64,000 nt of DNA, taken from NCBI GenBank assembly GCA_016285145.1, contig JAEEQE010000004.1:45022-109021 (forward strand), written 5' to 3'. A program made the position numbers and the translations under genes. Below, in pieces: positions 1 to 9,343 of the stretch; the stretch's first letter is position 1, and every line of letters starts with the position of its first letter. The DNA comes from Bacteroidales bacterium. GTDB lineage: Bacteria > Bacteroidota > Bacteroidia > Bacteroidales > WCHB1-69. The notes beneath the pieces were generated by a model. It saw nothing but the letters and a program-made list of their open reading frames with translations. It did no database searches and had not been told where the DNA came from.

Positions 1-1488
<1,488 letters not shown>

Positions 1489-1947
1489 TCACCTTGCCCA
1501 CATGACAGCCACATTTCACCACATACACGCTCCGACGGATAAGGGCTCATGTCAATCCGTTCGCGAGAGCTTGTCAACGGCATACCATACAATAAATTTG
1601 CCGAAAGCATCAAACACCATCAGACTCGTGACTTTGGTACATTCATTGATATCAAAGCGGCTTTCCTGTGCCTGCACAACCATCCCGGCCATGCACAACA
1701 GAAGATCGAGGATTAAAAGTGTAATTTTTCTCTTGGTATGTTGAGTATATTTTTTGAGTGTATTTTGTAAAACAGATCATCTTTCGTTTTTCCTTTTAGG
1801 GAATCGTGCCGAAAACATAGCTGTTTATCTCCAGTTTCTTAAGATTATCCGTCATCTCTCACAAAATTTTTCCACTTTATAATCAACAAGTTAACGAATA
1901 AAATCAAAAAAAATTCAGCAAAACCATTGACATATTGAAAAAAAGTG

Positions 1948-1955
1948 TATTTTTG
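1948..1955 (+). promoter_or_regulatory. -7 promoter box TATTTTTG upstream of tRNA-Gly
   Basis: gtgTATTTTTGcagcc lies 16 nt before the tRNA 5' end and matches the Bacteroides TAnnTTTG consensus. Confidence 0.45.
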
Positions 1956-1970
1956 CAGCCGAAATCACAA

Positions 1971-2043
1971 GCGGAAGTAGCTCAGTTGGTAGAGCACAAC
2001 CTTGCCAAGGTTGGGGTCGCGAGTCCGAGTCTCGTTTTCCGCT
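1971..2043 (+). tRNA. tRNA-Gly (anticodon GCC)
   Basis: The cloverleaf can be read directly. Acceptor GCGGAAG pairs with TTTCCGC, the D arm is TAGCTCAGTTGGTAGAGCA, the anticodon loop is CTTGCCAAG with GCC, and the T arm is GCGAG-TCCGAGT-CTCGT. No CCA is encoded. Confidence 0.93.
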
Positions 2044-2048
2044 CAAAA

Positions 2049-2085
2049 AGAGGCGATAATTTTATGATTATCGCCTCTTTTTTTG
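2049..2085 (+). terminator. Rho-independent terminator after tRNA-Gly
   Basis: A perfect 12-bp stem joins agaggcgataat (2049..2060) to attatcgcctct (2067..2078). The loop is 6 nt and a T7 run follows. Confidence 0.8.
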
Positions 2086-2103
2086 CAAATCTCACAGCTT
2101 CAG

Positions 2104-3174
2104 TTACAATTCACCATTCAAGAATTCCAAAACATCATTGAAAGATAGAAATTCCGAGGTGGCCAACCTGTTGTAGAGGCCTGGGAGTAACTCGGACAAC
2201 TCCTCGTTTGCCATCTTTTCCAACTTCTGCTCCAACTCATAAATTCTTTTCTTCAACGGTGTCAGCTGATGTTGATAGGACATTCTGGTGACTTTAGCCT
2301 CACGGAATTGCCGTTTGAGTTGCTGCTTCTGCAACCTCAGCGATTCCAGCACCTCTTTGCCCTCCTCCTGCTTCCTGCAGTAGTCGGCATACCAGTTCGT
2401 GAGAGCGTCGCGATTGCATTCTAAATAGGCCTTCAAGAGGGTGCGACGCATCCTCTCCGTCTCCTTGGCCCCAGCCTCACGGGTGTCAAGTATCTTCTGC
2501 CGTAACATCTGATTCTCCCTTTGGCAGAAATACAAATTCCTTTCGGTCAATGATTCACCCTTGTCGTTGGCCTCCAGCAGCTTCACCACCTCCTCCAGCG
2601 AGTAGGCCTCGTAATGCTCCTTGGCCTCATCATAACGCGTGTTGACATCCACGAACGGGGCCCAAATGCCATTGAACGGCCTGGGAAGGTTTTCCGACCG
2701 GCATTTCCCATTAGCGTTGACGATGCCGCAGCAGTTGCAGCCCGACAGCGGACTCCCCGCAATATAATACACAAGCCAGGTATCCTCATATTGGTTTATG
2801 ATGGCAGGGACGCACGTCATCCACCATTCGATATAGACACCCAATGTAGGGCGTCGGAATCCGCTGGTGCCGGTGTAGGCGATGCCATTCTGTACGGGCA
2901 CGGGGGCGAGGAACATGCGGCTGTCGCTGAGGATTTGCTCTCGGTGGTCAAAGAGGAAGAAGACATGGTCGGTGAAGAATTTCACGGCCTGCTTGCGCTG
3001 CTCCTCCACTTCCGGCGGAATAGGTTTTACGACGGGCTTCCGCCGCCCGACAGTGAGGTACTGTCCCGTGGTGTCGAGTTTCATTCGGTTGTCGATGGGC
3101 TGTACGGGTTCCACTTTCGGGAAACACAGCAGTTCGCGACCGTTGAGCAAGGTGATTTGATGGATTTTTTTCAT
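2104..3174 (-). CDS. Hypothetical protein (about 356 aa from MKKIHQ) with an unrecognised N-terminal domain and a C-terminal coiled coil. It lies downstream of rtcB on the same strand.
   Basis: The track ORF 2104..3342 begins at a TTG. I prefer the internal ATG at 3174 because a -7 box and a structured RNA occupy 3175..3347. The C-terminal 120 aa are heptad-like and rich in K/E/Q/L. I recognise no family motif. Confidence 0.55.
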   Translation of the reverse strand: MKKIHQITLLNGRELLCFPKVEPVQPIDNRMKLDTTGQYLTVGRRKPVVKPIPPEVEEQRKQAVKFFTDHVFFLFDHREQILSDSRMFLAPVPVQNGIAYTGTSGFRRPTLGVYIEWWMTCVPAIINQYEDTWLVYYIAGSPLSGCNCCGIVNANGKCRSENLPRPFNGIWAPFVDVNTRYDEAKEHYEAYSLEEVVKLLEANDKGESLTERNLYFCQRENQMLRQKILDTREAGAKETERMRRTLLKAYLECNRDALTNWYADYCRKQEEGKEVLESLRLQKQQLKRQFREAKVTRMSYQHQLTPLKKRIYELEQKLEKMANEELSELLPGLYNRLATSEFLSFNDVLEFLNGEL

Positions 3175-3339
3175 CTTTCGGTTCCGGTTGCCTCTACACC
3201 GGAAGGTTCTATGCCGAAGATGAGAAACGCGGTGCCCTTTATCGCTAAAGAACACCGCGTATGGCAGGTTGTTATTTAGCGCGTTTTTTAGAGAGGTTGG
3301 CAATTTGACATAAATCCGTTCCTCTTTCTCATCCGGCGG

Positions 3340-3347
3340 CAAAAATA
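3340..3347 (-). promoter_or_regulatory. -7 promoter box (TATTTTTG on minus strand) between rtcB and the downstream gene
   Basis: Plus strand caaaaata sits within ggcggCAAAAATAcatc, the same GC-clamp plus box arrangement seen at other minus-strand genes here. Confidence 0.35.
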
Positions 3348-3385
3348 CATCATTTTTTCAAATAAGATATTTTTGCTAATAGCAA

Positions 3386-4558
3386 TCACCCTTTGATCAC
3401 GGCAATGGGCGTTAAAGCCACCTTGATTCTCACCAGATCCATCTGATTCTCCATCACTTTGTCAATGTCCTTGTAAGCGGTGGAGGCTTCTTCCAAATCT
3501 TTTTGCACCCGAATGCCGTGCACGATGTTCAGAGCATCCAATTTTGCAATCTCCGTTTTCAGCGACAGTGTGTTGACCGCTTCCGTACGGCTCATACAAC
3601 GGCCGGCACCGTGTGATGAGCTGAGGAAGCTGTCGGGATTGCCCAAGCCTTCCACAATGTAGGAACGGGTGCCTTGTGAGCCGGGAATAATGCCGACCAC
3701 CCCTTCTGCGGCGCGCACCGCCCCCTTACGGTGCACAATGACGTTTTTGTCGAAATGGTGCTCCCATGCCGCATAGTTGTGCGCAATGTTGATCATCGGC
3801 TCAAACTGCACATCGGGAAACGTGTCGGCAATCACCTCCTGAATCCATTGCATCATCAAACGGCGGTTGGCCAGGGCAAAGTCCACACAGTATTGCATCT
3901 CCGTCCAATATTGCTTGAATTCCGGCACGCCAACGGGCAGAAACGCCAGATCCATGCTCGTGTCCACACTTGAGAACCATTTCTGGTTCAAGTTTTTGGC
4001 AAGCGTTGCGTAATAGTCGCAAACCTGCTTGCCAATATTGCGGCTGCCACTGTGCAACATAATCCACAGATAACCCTCCTCGTCACGCTGGAATTCGATA
4101 AAATGGTTGCCGCCACCCAAAGTGCCAATCTGCTTCAGAGCAGCTTCATACTGCCTTTTAACCACTGTAGTGCTGTCAACATCGTAGCCTTCGGGCATTA
4201 GCGATTCATCCTGGGCCGTCTTGTGGTGCTCCATTCCCAAGGGGATGCGTTTGCGCACGCCGCGCATCAGTTTTTTGCGCAACACCTCATCCGGAATGTC
4301 AACCACCGGCAGATTGGTCTTCACCGCACACATCCCACAACCGATGTCCACGCCTACCGCGTTGGGAATCACAACATTGTTCGTGGCCAGTACCCCGCCA
4401 ATGGGCATACCGACACCACCATGCGCGTCGGGCATCAGCGCCACATGGTGAAACACAAAAGGAAGGGAACACAAATTCCCCAATTCCATCCACGCCTTGT
4501 GGTCAAGCTCACGTGCCCACATCTTGACAGGCGTTCCATTCAATAAAAATTCTTTCAT
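3386..4558 (-). CDS. rtcB: RNA-splicing ligase RtcB (3'-phosphate/5'-hydroxyl RNA ligase)
   Basis: 390 aa with the hallmark metal and GMP-binding motifs: ALMPDAHGGVGMPIGGV, VGVDIGCGM, GGGNHFIE, HSGSRNIG and SSSHGAGR. Confidence 0.95.
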   Translation of the reverse strand: MKEFLLNGTPVKMWARELDHKAWMELGNLCSLPFVFHHVALMPDAHGGVGMPIGGVLATNNVVIPNAVGVDIGCGMCAVKTNLPVVDIPDEVLRKKLMRGVRKRIPLGMEHHKTAQDESLMPEGYDVDSTTVVKRQYEAALKQIGTLGGGNHFIEFQRDEEGYLWIMLHSGSRNIGKQVCDYYATLAKNLNQKWFSSVDTSMDLAFLPVGVPEFKQYWTEMQYCVDFALANRRLMMQWIQEVIADTFPDVQFEPMINIAHNYAAWEHHFDKNVIVHRKGAVRAAEGVVGIIPGSQGTRSYIVEGLGNPDSFLSSSHGAGRCMSRTEAVNTLSLKTEIAKLDALNIVHGIRVQKDLEEASTAYKDIDKVMENQMDLVRIKVALTPIAVIKG

Positions 4559-4582
4559 TTCTCTCTTTTTTTATTCACGCCG

Positions 4583-4590
4583 CAAAAATA
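4583..4590 (-). promoter_or_regulatory. -7 promoter box (TATTTTTG on minus strand) for rtcB
   Basis: Plus strand cgccgCAAAAATAtaat lies about 25 nt upstream of the rtcB ATG at 4558. Confidence 0.45.
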
Positions 4591-4606
4591 TAATGCCACT
4601 GCGCAG

Positions 4607-4624
4607 TATTTTTGCGTACTTTTG
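4607..4624 (+). promoter_or_regulatory. Two tandem -7 boxes (TATTTTTG, TACTTTTG) for the WYL regulator gene
   Basis: cagTATTTTTGcgTACTTTTGcagc is divergent from the rtcB promoter. Confidence 0.4.
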
Positions 4625-4650
4625 CAGCAAGTAAAAATATTTTTCTATAT

Positions 4651-4665
4651 AACTGATTATCAGTT
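4651..4665. promoter_or_regulatory. Perfect inverted repeat AACTGAT-T-ATCAGTT, a candidate operator in the rtcB/WYL divergent region
   Basis: A 7-bp arm palindrome read directly from the sequence. It lies between the + strand -7 boxes and the WYL gene ATG at 4697. Confidence 0.4.
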
Positions 4666-4696
4666 TAATAAAATTCAAATAAAATACATTATAATA

Positions 4697-5722
4697 ATGC
4701 CGGTAAACCGAAACGCCCTTATCCGTTACAAGACCATCGACAATTGTTTGCGCAACCGATATCGCCGTTGGACATTGGATAATCTGATAGAAGCCTGTTC
4801 TGACGCTTTAGCGGAATACGAAGGCATCTATAAAGGGATCAGTCGCCGCACCATCCAGGCCGACATCCAGATGATGCGCAGTGAGAAATTAGGGTACAAT
4901 GCCCCTATCGTTGTAATAGACAAAAAGTTCTACACGTATGAAGACCCCAACTACAGCATCACCAACTCGCCGTTGTCGGAAGGCGATATCACCCGCGTGG
5001 GCGAAGCTTTGGAGGTGTTGAAGCAGTTGAGCGGTTTTGCGCAGTTTGCGGGAATGGACAGTCTTGTCAGCCGCTTGGAAGACCGGGTATGCGTCACACG
5101 CCAACAACGGGAACCTGTCATTTATCTTGAGAAAAATGATGATCTAAAGGGCCTGCAGTATATCCGCATTCTTTATGATTATATTGTTGATAAAAAAGTA
5201 ATTAGAATTGGATATCTGCCATTCTCCGCCCGTCAGGTGCGCGAGTGGGTCGTTTCGCCCTATATCTTGAAGGAGTATCGGAACCGTTGGTTCCTTTTGG
5301 GCAAAGTGAAAGGGAAGAACGGGCTGCGCATTATGGCCCTTGACCGGATTGAATTTGTGAAAAACACCTACGGAGAAGAGTATGAGATCTTGCCAAACTT
5401 CAGACCTGCCACCTTTTTCGATGATGTCATTGGTGTGACCAAATCGTTGCAGGACACACCCACCGAGATTGTTTTCACGGTCATTGGGGATCAGGCCCAA
5501 TATGTGCTCACCAAGCCGTTGCATCACAGCCAGAGGATCTTGGAGCGCCACAAGAAAGACCGTTCCATTACCTTTTGGATGAAGGTGGTGATGAATTACG
5601 AGTTGGAACGTCTGTTGTTAGGTTATGGTGACAACATAAAAGTACTGCAGCCCGAAAGTTTAGCCAAAAGACTTCGGGAAATCCATTTGCATGCGGCGGA
5701 ATTGGAATGCGGGAAAGAATAA
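4697..5722 (+). CDS. HTH-WYL domain transcriptional regulator
   Basis: The track ORF starts at 4622. I prefer ATG 4697 (MPVNRNALIRYKTIDNCLRN...) because the promoter boxes and palindrome lie inside the extension. There is an N-terminal wHTH-like region and a WYL-type core (IRIGYLPFSARQVREWVVSPYILKEYRNRWFLLGK...ALDRI), followed by a C-terminal extension. Confidence 0.85.
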   Translation: MPVNRNALIRYKTIDNCLRNRYRRWTLDNLIEACSDALAEYEGIYKGISRRTIQADIQMMRSEKLGYNAPIVVIDKKFYTYEDPNYSITNSPLSEGDITRVGEALEVLKQLSGFAQFAGMDSLVSRLEDRVCVTRQQREPVIYLEKNDDLKGLQYIRILYDYIVDKKVIRIGYLPFSARQVREWVVSPYILKEYRNRWFLLGKVKGKNGLRIMALDRIEFVKNTYGEEYEILPNFRPATFFDDVIGVTKSLQDTPTEIVFTVIGDQAQYVLTKPLHHSQRILERHKKDRSITFWMKVVMNYELERLLLGYGDNIKVLQPESLAKRLREIHLHAAELECGKE

Positions 5723-5776
5723 GCCTTATCCTGGCTATGTTTCTGTTCTAAGAAGTATTACAGGATTTTAATCGGG

Positions 5777-7354
5777 TTAGATGCAGGCTTTAATAAAGTC
5801 CAAGAATAAAGGATGAGGATGCAGGACGGTGCTGGAGTATTCCGGATGGAACTGCGTGCCGATAAACCAGCGATGGTCGGGCAGCTCCACAATCTCCACC
5901 AGCTCGTTCCCCGGATTCACACCCGTGCATTGCATGCCCTTGTTTTCATATTCCTCCTTATATTTGTTGTTGAACTCATAGCGGTGACGGTGACGTTCGC
6001 TGATTTGGAGCGTGCCATAGATGTCCGCCACGCGGCTGCCCGGGCGGAGAGTGCAGTCGTATGCCCCTAAACGCATGGTGCCGCCCATATTGGTCACGGA
6101 TTTCTGCTCTTCCATCAGGTCTATCACATTGTGAGTGGTGGCGGCATCCATCTCCGCCGAGTTGGCATCATGGTATCCCAACACATTACGGGCAAATTCA
6201 ATCACCATCATCTGCATACCCAAACAGATACCGAAGACGGGAACATTGTGGGTGCGCGCATACTTCACCGCCGAAATTTTCCCCTCAATGCCACGCTGCC
6301 CGAATCCGGGACATACCAACACACCCGCCACGCGGGAAAGTTTCTCATCCACATTCTCATCCGTGATATTCTCGCTGTTGATGAACTCGATCTTCACCTT
6401 CACATGGTTGTAGGTGCCCGCTAAGGAAAGGCTCTCCCGGATGCTCTTGTAGGCATCCTGAAGGTCGTATTTGCCCACTAACCCTACGCGCACCTCCTTT
6501 TGGGCGGTCTGCTGCAACTCTAGGAAATGATGCCATGCCTTCATGTCGGGGGTCTCGCCCACCGGCACGCCGAACTTGCGCAGGATGGCGGCATCCAATC
6601 CCTGCCGTTGCATATTGACCGGCACCTCATAGATGCTGGGCAGGTCCTCGCTCTGCACCACACACTCCAAATCCACGTTGCAGAAGGAGGCCACCTTCTG
6701 GCGTATGCTGTCGGAGAGATGCTTCTCCGTGCGCAGGACGAGCACATCGGGTTGTATGCCAGCCCCCTGCATCTCCTTCACAGAGTGCTGTGTGGGCTTT
6801 GTCTTCAGCTCGTCGGCGGCCTTCAGATAGGGCACGTAGGTGAGGTGTACACTCACGGCGCGAGTGCCAAGCTCCCATTTCAGCTGGCGGATGGCCTCCA
6901 GGAACGGAGCCGACTCGATATCGCCGATGGTGCCACCGATTTCCGAGATCACAAAGTCAACATCATCCTCGCGCAGCATCCGGCGCTTGATCTCATCGGT
7001 GATATGAGGCACCACCTGGATGGTCTTGCCCAAATAGTCGCCGTGACGCTCCTTGTCAATGACGGTCTTGTAGATCCTGCCCGTGGTGATCGAGTTGTCA
7101 CGGGTGGCTCGGATTCCCGTAAACCGTTCGTAATGGCCCAAGTCAAGGTCGGTTTCCATGCCGTCCACGGTCACATAACATTCCCCATGTTCGTAAGGGT
7201 TCAGCGTGCCGGGATCGATGTTGATATAGGGGTCGAACTTCTGGATGGTGATAGAGTACCCGCGGTCCTGCAGCAGTTTGCCGATACTGGCCGAAATAAT
7301 GCCCTTGCCTAACGAGGATACCACTCCTCCTGTCACAAAAATATAGCGTTTCAT
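5777..7354 (-). CDS. pyrG: CTP synthase
   Basis: 525 aa. The N-terminus is MKRYIFVTGGVVSSLGKGI, and the glutaminase domain carries GICLGMQ and the HRHRYEFN motif. Confidence 0.97.
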   Translation of the reverse strand: MKRYIFVTGGVVSSLGKGIISASIGKLLQDRGYSITIQKFDPYINIDPGTLNPYEHGECYVTVDGMETDLDLGHYERFTGIRATRDNSITTGRIYKTVIDKERHGDYLGKTIQVVPHITDEIKRRMLREDDVDFVISEIGGTIGDIESAPFLEAIRQLKWELGTRAVSVHLTYVPYLKAADELKTKPTQHSVKEMQGAGIQPDVLVLRTEKHLSDSIRQKVASFCNVDLECVVQSEDLPSIYEVPVNMQRQGLDAAILRKFGVPVGETPDMKAWHHFLELQQTAQKEVRVGLVGKYDLQDAYKSIRESLSLAGTYNHVKVKIEFINSENITDENVDEKLSRVAGVLVCPGFGQRGIEGKISAVKYARTHNVPVFGICLGMQMMVIEFARNVLGYHDANSAEMDAATTHNVIDLMEEQKSVTNMGGTMRLGAYDCTLRPGSRVADIYGTLQISERHRHRYEFNNKYKEEYENKGMQCTGVNPGNELVEIVELPDHRWFIGTQFHPEYSSTVLHPHPLFLDFIKACI

Positions 7355-7379
7355 ATACCGATTATTTTATTTTAATGTT

Positions 7380-7387
7380 CAAAAATA
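7380..7387 (-). promoter_or_regulatory. -7 box (TATTTTTG on minus strand) upstream of pyrG
   Basis: Plus strand caaaaata lies about 26 nt upstream of the pyrG ATG (7354). Confidence 0.35.
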
Positions 7388-7401
7388 ATTATTGTTAATT
7401 G

Positions 7402-9174
7402 TCACTCAGTTCTCCAGTTCTTCTCATACCAGTCCATAAAACTCCGGCAGGCGAGACGGGTCCCGCCTCTTGTGGGATAATGCCCTGAGAAGTACCAGTC
7501 GCCCGGATTGTCCGGAATAGCTTTGTGGAGACCTTCCAACGATTGGAACACCAATTCTATCGGGCAATCCACTTCCTCAGGCCGCAGCAATTCAACCATT
7601 CTCACATTCAGCTCTTCCGCCGAGAAGGGTTCGTACAGTTGCCGGAGCGCATCCATGCGCATCTGTCGGCAACCTTCATACACCTCATCCACCAGATGCT
7701 CCATCTTTCTCTCTTTCAGCAAGGAGATGCAGGCTTGGAAAGCGATGAACTCTTCTATACGTCCCATGTCGATGCCGTAAAAGTCGGGATAGCGGATTTG
7801 CGGGGCGGAGCTCACCACCACGATTTTCTTCGGTTGCAGTCGCCCTAAGATTTTCAGGATGCTTTCCCGCATGGTGGTTCCCCGCACAATGCTGTCGTCC
7901 ATGACCACCAGATTGTCAATGCCAGGCCGGATGGAGTTGAAGGTTATGTCATAGACGTGCGCGGCCAGGTCGTTGCGAGTGCTGCCTTCGGTGATGAAGG
8001 TGCGGAGCTTGATGTCCTTCCACACCACCTTCTCGGCCCGCACGTTGGGCGCAATGGTACGGATACCTTCCACCATGCCGTGGTACGCCACTTCCGCCGT
8101 ATTCGGAATGTAGGAGAACACCGTGTTTTCCACATCGCCGTTGATGGCTTCCAGGATCCGGTCGCGAAGTTGGAACCCTAACCTTTTCCGCTCCTGATGG
8201 ATGTCGCAGTCGTTGCCTCTGCTGAAATAGATCCGCTCAAACGAGCAGGCGGCGAATTTCTCCGCAGGCAACACCTGTTCCAATCGGATTTTCCCTTTGC
8301 GATTGATGATGATGGCCTGTCCCGGCATCAATTCACGCACAGACAACTGCTGCAGGTTGAAAGCGGTTTGCAGGACAGGGCGTTCGCTGGTGATAGCGCA
8401 GATCTCGTCATCCATGTAGTAGAAGGCGGGGCGTATGCCCCAGGGATCACGCATGGCGAACATCTCTCCGCTGCCCGTCATGCCGCACATCACATAGCCG
8501 CCATCGAAATGCGAAAGCGTGGATTTCAAGACGTTGCACATGTCCACGTGATTGTCAATATACTCGGTCACGGCCTGGCCATCCAAACCTTTCGCTACAG
8601 CTTCCCGGTAGCAGCGTTCCGCCTCGCGGTCAAGGCGATGCCCCATCAGTTCCAACAGGATGTAGGTGTCGCTGTAAACACGGGGATATTGTCCTTTGGA
8701 GATGAGATAGTCAAACACCTCGCTGATATTCGTCATATTGAAATTGCCGCAGAGGCACAGGTTCTTCGCCCGCCAATTGTTGCGGCGGAGGAACGGGTGC
8801 ACGAATTTCAGCCCGCCCTTCCCCGTTGTGGAATAACGAAGATGACCCATGAACAACTCGCCGTTGAAGGCGGGACCTGCGCATGGGTCATCGGGGTCGG
8901 GGGTTGTTATCTGGCGGTGGATCGTGTCGAACACCTTGGTGATGGCGTCCTTGCCCTCCGCTTTCTCGCGATACATGTATTCGTGTCCGGGGCTCTGGTG
9001 GATATTGACGCAGGCCACGCCGGCGCCCTCCTGGCCCCGGTTGTGCTGTTTCTCCATCATCAAATAGAGTTTGCCCAGGGCATAGTGGCGGTCGCCATAT
9101 TTGTTTTCGTAGAATTCCAATGGCTTAAGCAAACGAACCAAGGCAATCCCACATTCATGTTTCAATGCTTCCAT
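7402..9174 (-). CDS. purF: Amidophosphoribosyltransferase, long Bacteroidota form (class II Ntn glutamine amidotransferase plus PRTase)
   Basis: MEALKHECGIALVRL carries the Ntn Cys after a short propeptide. RGQEGAG and the PRPP loop VVMDDSIVRGTT are present. I chose the start at 9174 because a -7 box at 9197..9204 lies inside the longer track ORF (to 9219). Confidence 0.85.
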   Translation of the reverse strand: MEALKHECGIALVRLLKPLEFYENKYGDRHYALGKLYLMMEKQHNRGQEGAGVACVNIHQSPGHEYMYREKAEGKDAITKVFDTIHRQITTPDPDDPCAGPAFNGELFMGHLRYSTTGKGGLKFVHPFLRRNNWRAKNLCLCGNFNMTNISEVFDYLISKGQYPRVYSDTYILLELMGHRLDREAERCYREAVAKGLDGQAVTEYIDNHVDMCNVLKSTLSHFDGGYVMCGMTGSGEMFAMRDPWGIRPAFYYMDDEICAITSERPVLQTAFNLQQLSVRELMPGQAIIINRKGKIRLEQVLPAEKFAACSFERIYFSRGNDCDIHQERKRLGFQLRDRILEAINGDVENTVFSYIPNTAEVAYHGMVEGIRTIAPNVRAEKVVWKDIKLRTFITEGSTRNDLAAHVYDITFNSIRPGIDNLVVMDDSIVRGTTMRESILKILGRLQPKKIVVVSSAPQIRYPDFYGIDMGRIEEFIAFQACISLLKERKMEHLVDEVYEGCRQMRMDALRQLYEPFSAEELNVRMVELLRPEEVDCPIELVFQSLEGLHKAIPDNPGDWYFSGHYPTRGGTRLACRSFMDWYEKNWRTE

Positions 9175-9196
9175 TTGTCCAACATTAAAAAAAATG

Positions 9197-9204
9197 CAAA
9201 GATA
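9197..9204 (-). promoter_or_regulatory. -7 box (TATCTTTG on minus strand) for purF
   Basis: Plus strand atgCAAAGATAcatc lies about 23 nt upstream of ATG 9174. Confidence 0.4.
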
Positions 9205-9296
9205 CATCTTTTTAACCATAAAATGTAAGATTTAAAAAAACGAATTTTGTTTTTTTCCTGACAAAAGATTCCGCTGTTTTGTATTTCATTTTTTTC

Positions 9297-9304
9297 TATT
9301 TTTG
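9297..9304 (+). promoter_or_regulatory. -7 box TATTTTTG for the lipoprotein gene
   Basis: tcTATTTTTGccat lies 40 nt upstream of ATG 9344. Confidence 0.4.
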
Positions 9305-9343
9305 CCATAAAAATTCACCAATCAAAAGGATTACCAATCTACT

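Noticed and set aside
1971-5776. A tRNA-Gly-associated integrated island carrying the rtcB/WYL module
   Set aside because: I looked for a direct repeat of the tRNA 3' end (for example gagtctcgttttccgc) near 5723..5776 and for an integrase gene. I found neither, so I make no mobile-element call.
8197-9228. 343-aa + strand ORF, with similar long ORFs at 6527..7312, 11467..12363, 13129..14037, 16837..17973, 21392..22216, 23219..24013, 24215..25189, 53293..54675, 55287..56126 and 56296..57138
   Set aside because: All lie antisense to confidently identified genes (purF, pyrG, secA, CoADR, C69 peptidase, EF-G paralog, manC/TBDR, pgk, thyA/mrp). They show the repetitive H/G/V/A/D/R-rich composition of shadow frames.
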